Shown here piece by piece: positions 46,906 through 56,464 of a DNA stretch of 64,000 bases. Source of the stretch: Thermoanaerobaculia bacterium (GTDB taxonomy: Bacteria; Acidobacteriota; Thermoanaerobaculia; UBA5066); assembly GCA_963719225.1 (NCBI GenBank), contig CAVRAY010000001.1, positions 32,001 through 96,000 of the forward strand, given 5' to 3'. Every line of letters begins with the position of its first letter. Position 1 is the first letter of the stretch. The notes beneath the pieces were generated by a model that did no database searches, was not told the origin of the DNA, and was given only the letters and a program-made list of their open reading frames with translations. The position numbers and the translations under genes were made by a program.

Positions 46906-48507
46906 CTAGTTCTTTCGGTAGTGGCAACCCCGCGAGACCGGATTCTTGAAGGCCGCCGTCGCGATGAGATGCGCCGCGCGCACGCCATGGAAGAGGTCGA
47001 CGATCTCCTTCGAGATCCGCGTCACCTGGTAGAAGCGCAGGATGCGCTTCTCGAGATCGCGCAGGTCGGCCACGGCGCGCGCGAGCCGCGCCGTCGTCCG
47101 CACGATGCCTACGTAGTTCCACATCGTGTTGCGGATCGTCGCCCAGTCCTGCTGCAGGAGAGCCGGGTCCTCGTTCTGCGCTTCGCCGGGCGATTGCCAG
47201 TCCGGAATCGCGCGGAAGACGTCCGCCCCGTTGACGCCGCCTTTCTTGAGTCCGCGCGCGATGGACGACCCCGCCGCCTCGCCCCAGACGAGGCCTTCGA
47301 GAAGAGAAGTCGACGCGAGGCGGTTCGCCCCGTGGACGCCCGTGCACGACGCCTCGCCAACGGCGTAGAGGCGCCGGATGGTGGTCCGCCCTTCGAGGTC
47401 GGCGAGGACTCCTCCGCAGTGGTAGTGCGCCGCGGGCACGACGGGGATCGGCTCGGTCGCGATGTCGATGCCGAATTTCTCGCACGTCTTCGCGATCGTC
47501 GGGAAGCGCTCCACGATGCTCTGACCCTGGTGGATGCGGTAGTGGTGCGCGAGGTCGAGATAGACGCAGGGCTCGGCGCGTATCGTCATCTCCTCGACGA
47601 TCGCGCGCGTCACGACGTCGCGGGGCGCGAGGTCCTTGAGCTTCGGGGCGTACCGCCGCATGAAGGGCTCGCCCGCCCGGTTCACGAGCACGGCGCCTTC
47701 GCCGCGGAGGGCTTCGGAGATGAGGAAGCCTTCCGCTTCGGGGTGATAGAGCGTCGTCGGATGGAACTGGACGTACTCGAGGTTCAGCGTGGCCGCGCCC
47801 GCCCGCTCGGCCATCGCGAGGCCGCCGCCGATCGCGTGGCGCGTGTTCGTCGTGTGAAGGAAGAGCCGCCCGACTCCTCCCGTCGCGAGGACGGTGAAGT
47901 CCGCGAGGACCGTGTGGACCTTGCCCCTCCCGTCGAGCACGTAGGCGCCGAGGCAGGGATCCTGGAGGGCATATCGCTGGGCGACGTCCCGTGAGTGATG
48001 GCGCGCCGTGATGAGGTCGATCGCGGTCGCTTCCGTGAGCAGGGTGACGCGCTTTTCCGAAGCCAGCCGTGCGAGGAGGGCCGTCTCGATCGCCCGACCC
48101 GTCGCGTCGGCCGAGTGGACGATGCGCGCCACCGAGTGCGCGCCCTCGCGCGTGAAGTCCAGGTCGCCGTGCGTCGTAAGGGAGAAAGGCACGCCGACGG
48201 TATCGAGGAGGATCTCCTTCACGACCACGGGGCCACGCCGCGCGAGAGACGCGACGGCCTCCGGCTGGCAGAGGCCCGCCCCGGCACCGAGGATGTCCTT
48301 GACGAGGGAACGCGGCGAATCCTTCTTGCCGAAATAGATGATGCCGCCCTGCGCCCATGCCGTGTTGCAGTCTTCGGGTTTCTTCGCCTTCGTGAGGACG
48401 ACGACGTCGATGCCGCGCCGCGCGAGGGTGAGCGCGGCCGTCAGGCCCGCGATGCCCGTGCCGAGGACGAGGACGGGCGTGTGGACGCGCGAAGGGAAAG
48501 ATCTCAT
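46906..48507 (-). CDS. nadB: L-aspartate oxidase
   Basis: GTGIAG, WAQGGI, REGAHS, VQFHPT, LISEALRGEG, AHYHCGG, HGANRLASTSLLEG, SRGCHYR. Confidence 0.96.
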   Translation of the reverse strand: MRSFPSRVHTPVLVLGTGIAGLTAALTLARRGIDVVVLTKAKKPEDCNTAWAQGGIIYFGKKDSPRSLVKDILGAGAGLCQPEAVASLARRGPVVVKEILLDTVGVPFSLTTHGDLDFTREGAHSVARIVHSADATGRAIETALLARLASEKRVTLLTEATAIDLITARHHSRDVAQRYALQDPCLGAYVLDGRGKVHTVLADFTVLATGGVGRLFLHTTNTRHAIGGGLAMAERAGAATLNLEYVQFHPTTLYHPEAEGFLISEALRGEGAVLVNRAGEPFMRRYAPKLKDLAPRDVVTRAIVEEMTIRAEPCVYLDLAHHYRIHQGQSIVERFPTIAKTCEKFGIDIATEPIPVVPAAHYHCGGVLADLEGRTTIRRLYAVGEASCTGVHGANRLASTSLLEGLVWGEAAGSSIARGLKKGGVNGADVFRAIPDWQSPGEAQNEDPALLQQDWATIRNTMWNYVGIVRTTARLARAVADLRDLEKRILRFYQVTRISKEIVDLFHGVRAAHLIATAAFKNPVSRGCHYRKN

Positions 48508-49484
48508 TTTTTGTTTTTCGGAATTCGAATCTTTTTTTTCGGAATCCTGAGAAGGCGCGTGAGGGGCTTGCGCGCGAGGTGCGCCTTGAGCCGCGGCTGG
48601 GGAAGGCTCGCGACGACCTCGAGAGCGATGTCGATCGACCTTGCGGAGTGCGTCAGCGCGCCGGCCGAGACGAAATCGACTCCGGCCTCCGCCGCGGCGC
48701 GGGCCGTCTCGGGCGTCATGCGGCCCGAGGCCTCGATGGTGACGGCGCGCCCCGTCGCCTCGTTGAAGAGATGGACGTCCTCCGCGGCCTTTCGGATCGC
48801 GGCCGTCGTCATGTTGTCCAGGAGCACCCGCTCGGCGCCCGCGTCGAGCGCCTGATGAACCTCGTCGAGCGTCCGCGCCTCCGACTCGAGGAGGAGGCCG
48901 TGAAGGCGCCGATTCAGATCGCGAAAGTCTCCGGCGCGCCGTGTCGCCTCCCACGTCGAGCCGGCGCCGTCCGCGTGGTTGTCCTTGACGAGGAAGCCGC
49001 CCGAGAGCCCGGGCCTGTGGTTCGTCCCACCGCCGCAGCGCACGGCGTAGCGCTCGAAAACGCGGAGAGACGGGGTCGTCTTCCGCGTATCGAGAAGCAC
49101 CGCCTTCGTGCCCTCGAGCGCGTCGGCGTACGCGCGGGTCAGGGTCGCGATGCCAGTGAGCCGCTGAACGAGGTTGAGGGCCGTGCGCTCGGCCGCGAGC
49201 ACGGTGATCGCGGGTCCCTCGATCTCGGCGAGGACCGCACCGGGCCCGACGGTGTCGCCGTCCGCGACGCGGAGCGCCACCCGCGCGGGCGGCGAGAGGA
49301 ACGCGAAGAGCCGCGGCAGGAAGGCGGCTCCCGAAACGACGGCGCGCTCGCGGCAGACCATCTTCGCGGCGACGCGCGCCGCCGGCCCGAAGACGGCGAG
49401 CGACGTGACGTCCTCGCCTTCCTCCGCGAAGGCGCGCGTGAGGAGGTCATCCAGGGCCTGCGTCAGTTCACGGGACGGCGTCAC
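48504..49484 (-). CDS. nadC: Quinolinate phosphoribosyltransferase with a basic C-terminal extension
   Basis: ERTALN, DTRKTTP, NHR.GL, VKDNH, LLDNM, EASG, VSAGALTHS. Confidence 0.95.
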   Translation of the reverse strand: MTPSRELTQALDDLLTRAFAEEGEDVTSLAVFGPAARVAAKMVCRERAVVSGAAFLPRLFAFLSPPARVALRVADGDTVGPGAVLAEIEGPAITVLAAERTALNLVQRLTGIATLTRAYADALEGTKAVLLDTRKTTPSLRVFERYAVRCGGGTNHRPGLSGGFLVKDNHADGAGSTWEATRRAGDFRDLNRRLHGLLLESEARTLDEVHQALDAGAERVLLDNMTTAAIRKAAEDVHLFNEATGRAVTIEASGRMTPETARAAAEAGVDFVSAGALTHSARSIDIALEVVASLPQPRLKAHLARKPLTRLLRIPKKKIRIPKNKK

Positions 49485-49497
49485 TCGCTCTCGGATT

Positions 49498-51213
49498 CTA
49501 GGGGAGTCCCGTTGCGGGGCTCTCGCCCTTCTCGACGATCATGAGAGAGAGGACGCCGTTCTTCGTGTCGTAAATTCGGACGGATGCCGACGTCGCGCGG
49601 GCAAGGGCGTTTCTTTCGAGGTGAGCGAGGTCGGACGAGCCGCCCCGACGCAGCAGAAGCGATTGAACGCTCGTCCCTCCCGTGGTTCTGAAGAAGCTCA
49701 TCTGGCAAAGCTCGTAACGACTTTCGAGGTGCTCGAGGCGCCCGGGTGTCTCCTTGAGCGACTCCAGTCCGGGCGTGCCGTAAACCAACGCCCAGCGGAA
49801 GCCGAGCCGATCCTCGCCGCGACGCATCTCGTCGAGAGCGGGAAAGAGCGCGCAGTCACGATCGGCGTTGTAACAGATGCCGGCCGCTTGATGGGGGCCG
49901 ATGACGAAGAGCCGGTCGTCGGGCTCGCTGTGGCTCTTCAGGTAGTCGGCGGCCACGTCGAGGCCGAAGAAGATCGTGTCCCAATGCCGGTTCGTTTCGT
50001 GGACCACTCCCGGCACGAGCGCACCCAGGACGATCAGGGGGGCAAGGGCGGCGGGGAGCCCTCGAATGCGGCTCGCGAGCAGGTCGCCCGCCCCCACGAG
50101 AGTCGCGGCGGAACCGAGGCAAACGAGCGGGAGGAAAGGAAACTGGTAGTAGCTGTGCCCTCTCAGATAGTCCGAGAGGAGCATCGCGTACGGAATCGTG
50201 GAAAGAAGAGAGCCGAGCACGAAGAGGCGCAGTCGTCCGGCATCCTTCGAAAACGCCAGAACGAGAAGGCCGACGGCGAAGAGCACGACGACGCCGATGC
50301 TGTGGTTCAGCTTCGCGAAGTGGAGAAGCGTCGCCCCCCAGCGTGCCCAGTAGGCGGGTGTGAAGATCTCGAAGGGGTGCACGCGGGGAAGCGTGCCCGC
50401 GAGGAGGTCCTCCCGCTCCTTCAGGAAGGGCGCGAAGAGCATCCAGGTGGCGAGGGGAAGAAATCCCAGGGCCATCCAGCGCCAGGTGGACCACGTGCGC
50501 GCAAGGGTCCGGCGGTCGTCCCGCCCGAGAGCGACGAGGAAGAGCGGAATCGACGCGATCAGGAACGTGTACTTGAACAGGCCGGCGATGCCGAAGAAGA
50601 GGCCGAAAAGGAACGCGTCGCGCGGACGGCCGGCGTCCAGGAGCCGCAGCCAGCAAATCGACGCGAGCAGCGTGAAGAAGAGCGCCGGCGATTCGGGCTG
50701 GATGTTGCGTCCGAAAAAGACGTGCTCGGGCAGGATCGCGAGGAGAAAGACGGAAACCAGCGCGAAGAGCGTTCCTCCGGACAGCCGGCGCGCGAGGAAG
50801 AAGAAGGCGAAGAGGGCGGCGCACGAGAAGAGGACGATCGGTGCCCGCGCTTGCCAGAAGCCCTCACCGAAGACCTTCCAGGACGACAGAATCATCCAGG
50901 GAACGACAGGGAGCTGGGGATACTCCTCGGGCAGGTCTCCCCGAAGTCGGGCCTTCGGAAACGTGCCGTCGCCTTCTTCGAGGCCGGAGAGGTGAACGCG
51001 TCTCTTCAGGTAGTCGCCGCTTCGCGTCATGAAGCGCGCCTCGCTCAGGTACTCGTTCTCCTTCATGTTGTGCATGCCGATGCTCGGAAAGTCGAGGTGG
51101 TACACGCGGAGCTTCAGGCCGAGAAGGGCGATCACCGCGACGGCGACGAATGGAAGTCTCCGCCGCCAGGACGGGCGGATCGACTCCTCGATCGGACGGG
51201 CGAGGGTCTCCAT
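49498..51213 (-). CDS. GT-C fold membrane glycosyltransferase (ArnT/PMT-like)
   Basis: Multi-TM; acidic KENEY after TM1, Y.QLP, FGEGFWQARAP, QPE, AGLFKY. Confidence 0.8.
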   Translation of the reverse strand: METLARPIEESIRPSWRRRLPFVAVAVIALLGLKLRVYHLDFPSIGMHNMKENEYLSEARFMTRSGDYLKRRVHLSGLEEGDGTFPKARLRGDLPEEYPQLPVVPWMILSSWKVFGEGFWQARAPIVLFSCAALFAFFFLARRLSGGTLFALVSVFLLAILPEHVFFGRNIQPESPALFFTLLASICWLRLLDAGRPRDAFLFGLFFGIAGLFKYTFLIASIPLFLVALGRDDRRTLARTWSTWRWMALGFLPLATWMLFAPFLKEREDLLAGTLPRVHPFEIFTPAYWARWGATLLHFAKLNHSIGVVVLFAVGLLVLAFSKDAGRLRLFVLGSLLSTIPYAMLLSDYLRGHSYYQFPFLPLVCLGSAATLVGAGDLLASRIRGLPAALAPLIVLGALVPGVVHETNRHWDTIFFGLDVAADYLKSHSEPDDRLFVIGPHQAAGICYNADRDCALFPALDEMRRGEDRLGFRWALVYGTPGLESLKETPGRLEHLESRYELCQMSFFRTTGGTSVQSLLLRRGGSSDLAHLERNALARATSASVRIYDTKNGVLSLMIVEKGESPATGLP

Positions 51214-51371
51214 GGGACGTCCGCATGATGGTGGGACCCGGTCCGAGGGACAAGGGCGACGACCCCGGGAAGACGCGGGGGCGCTGTTTCCAGGATCGTT
51301 TGAGCGGTCGATTCCTCCCCGTTCAGGAGCATAATTCGATGTTTGCGTCGCCGTCTCTTCAGGAGGAACCC

Positions 51372-53600
51372 TTGAAAATCCGTCTCAACCTCGTCCTCTC
51401 TCTCTGCCTGTCGTCCGCCGCCGCCTGCGCGGACGAGGGCATGTGGATGCCTCAGCAGATTCCGCAGCTCAAGGAGCGCCTCGTGGCGATGGGCTTCCGG
51501 GGCGACCCGCAGGCTTTCGCCGATCTCACGGGCCAGCCGATGGGCGCGATCGTGTCCCTCGGAGGCTGCAGCGCGTCCTTCGTCTCGCCGGACGGCCTCA
51601 TCGTCACGAACCACCATTGCGTGCAGGGCGCGCTCCAGTTCAATTCCACGCCGCAGAAAAACCTCATGGTGGACGGCTTTCTCGCCGCCGCGCGGGAACA
51701 GGAGCTGACGGCCGGCCCCGGCTCGCGGGTCTACGTCACGACCTCCGTCGTGGACGTCACCAGGGAGATCGTCGGGAAGATCGATCCGAAGCTCGGCGAT
51801 CGCGCCCGGCACGACGTCATCGAGAGGCGCATCAAGGAGCGCACGGCCGCTTGTGAGAAGGACGGCGCGCGCTGCCGCGTCGCGTCGTTCTTCGACGGCT
51901 TCAAGTATTTCGAGCTCGCTCAGATGGAGATCCGGGACGTGAGGCTCGTCTACGCTCCTGCCGAGGGCATCGGGAACTTCGGCGGCGAGGCCGACAACTG
52001 GCAATGGCCGCGCCACACGGGCGACTGGTCCTTTTACCGCGCCTACGTCTCTCCCGCGGGCAAGGCCGTGCCGTACGCGAAAGAGAACGTCCCTTTCAAG
52101 CCGAAGCACTGGCTCAAGGTATCGCCGGAAGGCGCCGGTCCCGGCGACCTCGTCTTCGTTGCCGGATATCCGGGGCGCACGCTGCGCTTCGCCACGTACG
52201 CGCAGACCCGGGAGCTCTACGAGTGGACGTTTCCGCGCACCGTCCGCCGGAACACCGAGCTGATCGCACTTCTCGAAGAGGCCGGACGGAAGAGCAAGGA
52301 GACGGAGATCCGCGTCGCGACGCGGAAGCGCGGACTCGCCAACACGCTCACGAACCGCAAGGGCGTCGTGGAAGGCTTCAAGAGAGGCAATCTCCTGGCC
52401 GAGAAGGAAAGGTTGGAGAAGGACCTCGCGGCGTGGATCGCCGCAAACCCGCAGCGCCAGAAGAAGTACGGCGACGTTCTGCCCGCGATGAACGCGATCC
52501 AGGCCGAGAAGGAAAAGACGCGGGACCGCGACATGGCTCTCTACGACCTGATCGGTACGGGCGGGCCGATGATGGGCGGCGGCAGCTCGCTCCTTCCATC
52601 GGCGCACACGCTCTACGTGCTCTCCCTCGAGCGCCCGAAGAAAGATCTGGACCGTGAGGCCGAGTACCAGGAGCGCAACTGGAGCCGAATTCGCGAAGCG
52701 CAGGAACGCCTGCAGCGCTCGTACGACCCGGTCGCGGACCGCACGCTCCTCCGGTACGTCCTCGTCGACGCATCGAAGCTCCCCGCGGATCAGCGCATCG
52801 AGGCGCTCGACAAGCAAGCCGGATTCGCCGTCGGGATGTCCGAGGCGGAGGCCGGAAAGAAGGCCGACGCCCTTTGCGAAAAGCTCTACGCGGGCACGAA
52901 GCTGGGAGACAAGGCGACCCGCCTCGCGCTGTCGGACAAGTCCACCGCCGAGCTCCTCGCGACGAAGGATCCGATGATTTCCCTCGCGGCCGTGCTCGAT
53001 CCCCTCTGGCGGACGAACCGCGAGCGCGCGAAAGCGCGGGAGGGCGCGTACGGGCATCTCGGCGCGCGCTACGCCGAAGCGCTGCTCGAAAAGAGCGGCG
53101 GCCTCACGGCGCCGGACGCGAACGGGACGCTGCGCGTGACGTACGGCCGGATCCTCGGCGTTCCGGCGCGCGACGGGCTGGTCTACGCGCCGCAGACCAC
53201 GCTCCAAGGCATCGTCGAGAAGGCGACGGGGTCCGGCGAGTTCAACGCGCCGAAGAAAGAGCTCGACGCCATCGCCGCGCAGAAGGCGGGGAAAAAGACT
53301 CCCTATGCGGATCCGAAGCTCGGGAGCGTGCCGGTGAATTTCCTGTCGACCGTCGACACGACGGGAGGGAACTCGGGCTCGGCCACGCTGAACGCCAAGG
53401 GAGAGCTGTGCGGGCTCCTTTTCGACGGGACGTTCGACACGGTCGCGTCCGACTATCTCTACGACACGGAGAAGACCCGATCCATCCATGTCGACAGCCG
53501 ATACATGCTCTGGACGATGTCCGATGTGGACGGCGCGACGAACCTCCTCCGTGAGCTCGGCGAGGCGCCGAGTCTCGACGTCCAGAGGCCGGGAAACTGA
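51372..53600 (+). CDS. S46 dipeptidyl peptidase (DPP7/DAP BII-like), copy 1
   Basis: Signal + ADEGMWMP, TNHHC, NW.WPRHTGD, TGGNSGS, FDG; TTG start after AGGAGG. Confidence 0.95.
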   Translation: MKIRLNLVLSLCLSSAAACADEGMWMPQQIPQLKERLVAMGFRGDPQAFADLTGQPMGAIVSLGGCSASFVSPDGLIVTNHHCVQGALQFNSTPQKNLMVDGFLAAAREQELTAGPGSRVYVTTSVVDVTREIVGKIDPKLGDRARHDVIERRIKERTAACEKDGARCRVASFFDGFKYFELAQMEIRDVRLVYAPAEGIGNFGGEADNWQWPRHTGDWSFYRAYVSPAGKAVPYAKENVPFKPKHWLKVSPEGAGPGDLVFVAGYPGRTLRFATYAQTRELYEWTFPRTVRRNTELIALLEEAGRKSKETEIRVATRKRGLANTLTNRKGVVEGFKRGNLLAEKERLEKDLAAWIAANPQRQKKYGDVLPAMNAIQAEKEKTRDRDMALYDLIGTGGPMMGGGSSLLPSAHTLYVLSLERPKKDLDREAEYQERNWSRIREAQERLQRSYDPVADRTLLRYVLVDASKLPADQRIEALDKQAGFAVGMSEAEAGKKADALCEKLYAGTKLGDKATRLALSDKSTAELLATKDPMISLAAVLDPLWRTNRERAKAREGAYGHLGARYAEALLEKSGGLTAPDANGTLRVTYGRILGVPARDGLVYAPQTTLQGIVEKATGSGEFNAPKKELDAIAAQKAGKKTPYADPKLGSVPVNFLSTVDTTGGNSGSATLNAKGELCGLLFDGTFDTVASDYLYDTEKTRSIHVDSRYMLWTMSDVDGATNLLRELGEAPSLDVQRPGN

Positions 53601-53602
53601 CG

Positions 53603-55780
53603 ATGAAGGTCCGGATCACGCCCTTCCTCGTCCTCGTCCTTCTCTGCGGTGCCGCGCGCGCCGACGAGGGGAAGTGGATGCCGCAGCAGATCCCGCAGCT
53701 CAAGGAGCGCCTCGTGGCGATGGGCTTCCAGGGCGACCCGCAGGCTTTCGCCGATCTCACGGGCCAGCCGATGGGGGCCGTGGTGTTCCTCGGGAACTGC
53801 AGCGCCTCCTTCGTGTCGCCCGATGCCCTCATCGTCACGAACAACCACTGTGTCCAGGGCGCCCTCCAGTTCAACGCGACGCCGGAAAGGAACCTGATGG
53901 AGGACGGCTTCCTCGCGACGACGCGGGACCAGGAGCTCACCGCGGGTCCCGGCTCGCGCGTCTACGTGACGACGTCCGTGAAGGACGTGACGGAGGAGAT
54001 CACCGGCAGGATCGACCCCAAGCTCGGCGACCGCGCGCGATACGACGTCATCGAGAGGCGCGTCAAGGAGCGCACGGCCGCCTGCGAAAAGGACGGCCTG
54101 CGCTGTCGCGTCGCGTCCTTCTTCGAAGGCCTGAAGTACTTCGAGCTCGCGCAGCTGGAGATCCAGGACGTGCGGCTCGTGTACGCGCCGCCGAAGGGCG
54201 TCGGAAACTTCGGGGGCGAAACGGACAACTGGCGCTGGCCGCGCCACACCGGCGACTGGTCGTTCTATCGCGCGTACGTCTCGCCCGCCGGCAAGGCCGT
54301 GCCTTACGCGAAGGAGAACGTCCCCTTCAAGCCGAAGCACTGGCTCAAGGTCTCGCCCGAGGGCGCGGGCCCCGGCGACCTCGTCTTCGTGGCGGGATAC
54401 CCGGGCGCGACGGCCCGCTTCGCCACGTTCGCCGAGACGAAGCAAATCGTGGAATGGTCGTATCCACGGGTCGTGAGGCGGAATCGCGAGCTCATTGCCC
54501 TTCTCGACGAGGTTGGGAAGACGAGCAAGGAGACCGAGATCCGGGTCGCGACGAGGAAGCGCGGACTTCACAACACGCTCACGAACCGCGAAGGCGTTCT
54601 CGAGGGATTCCAGAGGGGCGGCCTCCTCGCGAAGAAGGAGTCGCTCGAGAAGGAGCTCGCGGCGTGGATCGCCGCGGAACCGGCGCGCCGGGAAAAGTAC
54701 GGCGACGTCCTTCCGGGATTGAATGCGCTTCGGGCGGAGGAGGCGAAGACCCGCGAGCGTGACGTCACGCTCGCCGCCCTCCTCGACAACGGCAGCGTGC
54801 TCCTGCCGGCGGCCCATACGCTCTACGAGCTGTCGCTCGAGCGGCCGAAGAAGGACCTCGACCGCGAGCCCGAGTACCAGGAGCGCAACTGGAGCCGCAT
54901 CCGCCAGGCGCAGGACCGCTTGCAGCGCTCGTACGACCCGGCCGCGGACCGCGCCCTCCTCAAGTACCTCCTCGTCGAGGCGTCGAAGCTGCCTGCCGAC
55001 CAGCGCCTGGAAGCGCTGGACAGGGAAGTCGCCGTCGCGGGGGGGATCGACCGTCTTTGCGACCGACTCTTCAAGGACACGAAGCTCGGTGACAAGGCGA
55101 CCCGGCTCGCGCTCCTCGACAAGACCACGGCCGAGCTCCTCGCGACGAAGGACCCGATGATCGCGCTCGCGGCGGCTCTGGAGCCGGCGTTTCAGGCCAG
55201 GCGCAACAGCATGAAGGTCCGCGGGGGGACTCTCTCGCGGCTCGGCGCGCGCCACGCCGAGGCCATCCTCGAGAAGAGCGGCGGTCTCGCCGCGCCCGAC
55301 GCGAATGCCACGCTTCGCGTGACGTACGGGCGCGTCCTCGGCGTCTCACCCCGCGACGGGCTCGTCTATCTCCCGCAGACGACTCTCGCGGGTGTCGCCG
55401 ACAAAGCGACCGGCACGGGCGACTTCGCCGCTCCGAAGAAGGAGCTCGACGCGATCGCCGCGCGAAAAGCCGGGAAGAGGACTCCGTACGCCGACGCGAA
55501 GCTCGGCGACGTGCCGGTGAACTTCCTCTCGACCGTCGACATCACGGGCGGCAACTCGGGGTCCGCCACGCTCAACGGGAAGGGCGAGCTGTGCGGCCTC
55601 GTCTTCGACGGCACGTACGACACGGTTTCCTCGGATCTCATCTTCGACACGGAGAAGACGCGCGCCATTCACGTCGACAGCCGGTACATGCTCTGGGCGA
55701 TGTCCGAGGTCGACGGCGCGACGAATCTCCTGAAAGAGATGGGCGAAGCCCCGAGTCTGGACGTCCACACGGCCCGCTGA
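53603..55780 (+). CDS. S46 dipeptidyl peptidase, copy 2 (tandem paralogue)
   Basis: ADEGKWMP, TNNHC, NWRWPRHTGD, DITGGNSGS, FDG. Confidence 0.95.
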   Translation: MKVRITPFLVLVLLCGAARADEGKWMPQQIPQLKERLVAMGFQGDPQAFADLTGQPMGAVVFLGNCSASFVSPDALIVTNNHCVQGALQFNATPERNLMEDGFLATTRDQELTAGPGSRVYVTTSVKDVTEEITGRIDPKLGDRARYDVIERRVKERTAACEKDGLRCRVASFFEGLKYFELAQLEIQDVRLVYAPPKGVGNFGGETDNWRWPRHTGDWSFYRAYVSPAGKAVPYAKENVPFKPKHWLKVSPEGAGPGDLVFVAGYPGATARFATFAETKQIVEWSYPRVVRRNRELIALLDEVGKTSKETEIRVATRKRGLHNTLTNREGVLEGFQRGGLLAKKESLEKELAAWIAAEPARREKYGDVLPGLNALRAEEAKTRERDVTLAALLDNGSVLLPAAHTLYELSLERPKKDLDREPEYQERNWSRIRQAQDRLQRSYDPAADRALLKYLLVEASKLPADQRLEALDREVAVAGGIDRLCDRLFKDTKLGDKATRLALLDKTTAELLATKDPMIALAAALEPAFQARRNSMKVRGGTLSRLGARHAEAILEKSGGLAAPDANATLRVTYGRVLGVSPRDGLVYLPQTTLAGVADKATGTGDFAAPKKELDAIAARKAGKRTPYADAKLGDVPVNFLSTVDITGGNSGSATLNGKGELCGLVFDGTYDTVSSDLIFDTEKTRAIHVDSRYMLWAMSEVDGATNLLKEMGEAPSLDVHTAR

Positions 55781-55933
55781 GGACGCCAGCCGGTCTGCCG
55801 CGAGGACCTCGGCGTTTCCAACGCCGTGGCCCAGATGGTCAGCTCCGCAAGATGGTCCTCGAGAGCAACCTCACGCGAGGCCGACTTTTCTTCCGGCACG
55901 GCGGATGCTTCACCTCGGCGTGGAGGTGACGGG

Positions 55934-56083
55934 ATGATCCGGAAGCTGAAATCAGGCGGTTACCGGCTTTACTCGCGCAAGAAGAACCCTAAAACGGGCC
56001 GGCGGAGGAATCTGGGCACGTTTTCGACGCTCGCCGCTGCAAAAAAGCACGAGCGCGCCGTCCAGTTCTTCAAGCGCGCCTGA
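55934..56083 (+). CDS. Small basic hypothetical protein (49 aa)
   Basis: GGAGG RBS; MIRKLKSGGYRLYSRKKNPKTGRRRNLGTF...HERAVQFFK; GC hairpin just after the stop. Confidence 0.75.
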   Translation: MIRKLKSGGYRLYSRKKNPKTGRRRNLGTFSTLAAAKKHERAVQFFKRA

Positions 56084-56138
56084 TCCCCGCGGCGCGGGGA
56101 AGGGGGGAACGCCGGCCTCGTCGCGCGGGATCCCGTTC

Positions 56139-56167
56139 ATCTTGGCGAGCCAAGATATGACTATAAT
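56139..56167 (+). promoter_or_regulatory. vapBC promoter/operator
   Basis: ATCTTGGC-GA-GCCAAGAT 56139-56156; TATAAT 56162-56167, 6 nt before the ATG. Confidence 0.7.
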
Positions 56168-56173
56168 GGCGCA

Positions 56174-56464
56174 ATGAAGAACGCCACTATTTCCAAGTTG
56201 CGGGATTCGCTCTCGGAGTACCTCGCTCGGGTGCGCCGAGGGGAGACGGTCATCGTCTTCGACCGAGACACGCCGATTGCCCGCATCGAGCCGATCGGGG
56301 CGGCCGCCGCGTTGCCCGAGTGGCTCCGCGAAGCGGAACGGCGCGGCATCGTTCGCCCCCCGCGCTTGCGACGTCCGGCGCGGATCCCACTTCCGCCACC
56401 GAAGCAAGCCAGGCCGGCCCGGGTTCTCGACGCCCTCCTCGAGGAAAGGCGCAGCGGTCGATGA
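56174..56464 (+). CDS. vapB: Phd/YefM-family antitoxin
   Basis: ATISKLRDSLSEYLARVRRGETVIVFDRDTPIARI. Confidence 0.9.
   Translation: MKNATISKLRDSLSEYLARVRRGETVIVFDRDTPIARIEPIGAAAALPEWLREAERRGIVRPPRLRRPARIPLPPPKQARPARVLDALLEERRSGR

Noticed and set aside
53603-53860. TNNHC in S46 copy 2 as loss of the catalytic His
   Set aside because: The catalytic His in this fold is the one directly before Cys, which is retained
55781-55933. Possible gene remnant or sRNA between the S46 gene and the microprotein
   Set aside because: No recognisable motif or convincing structure by eye
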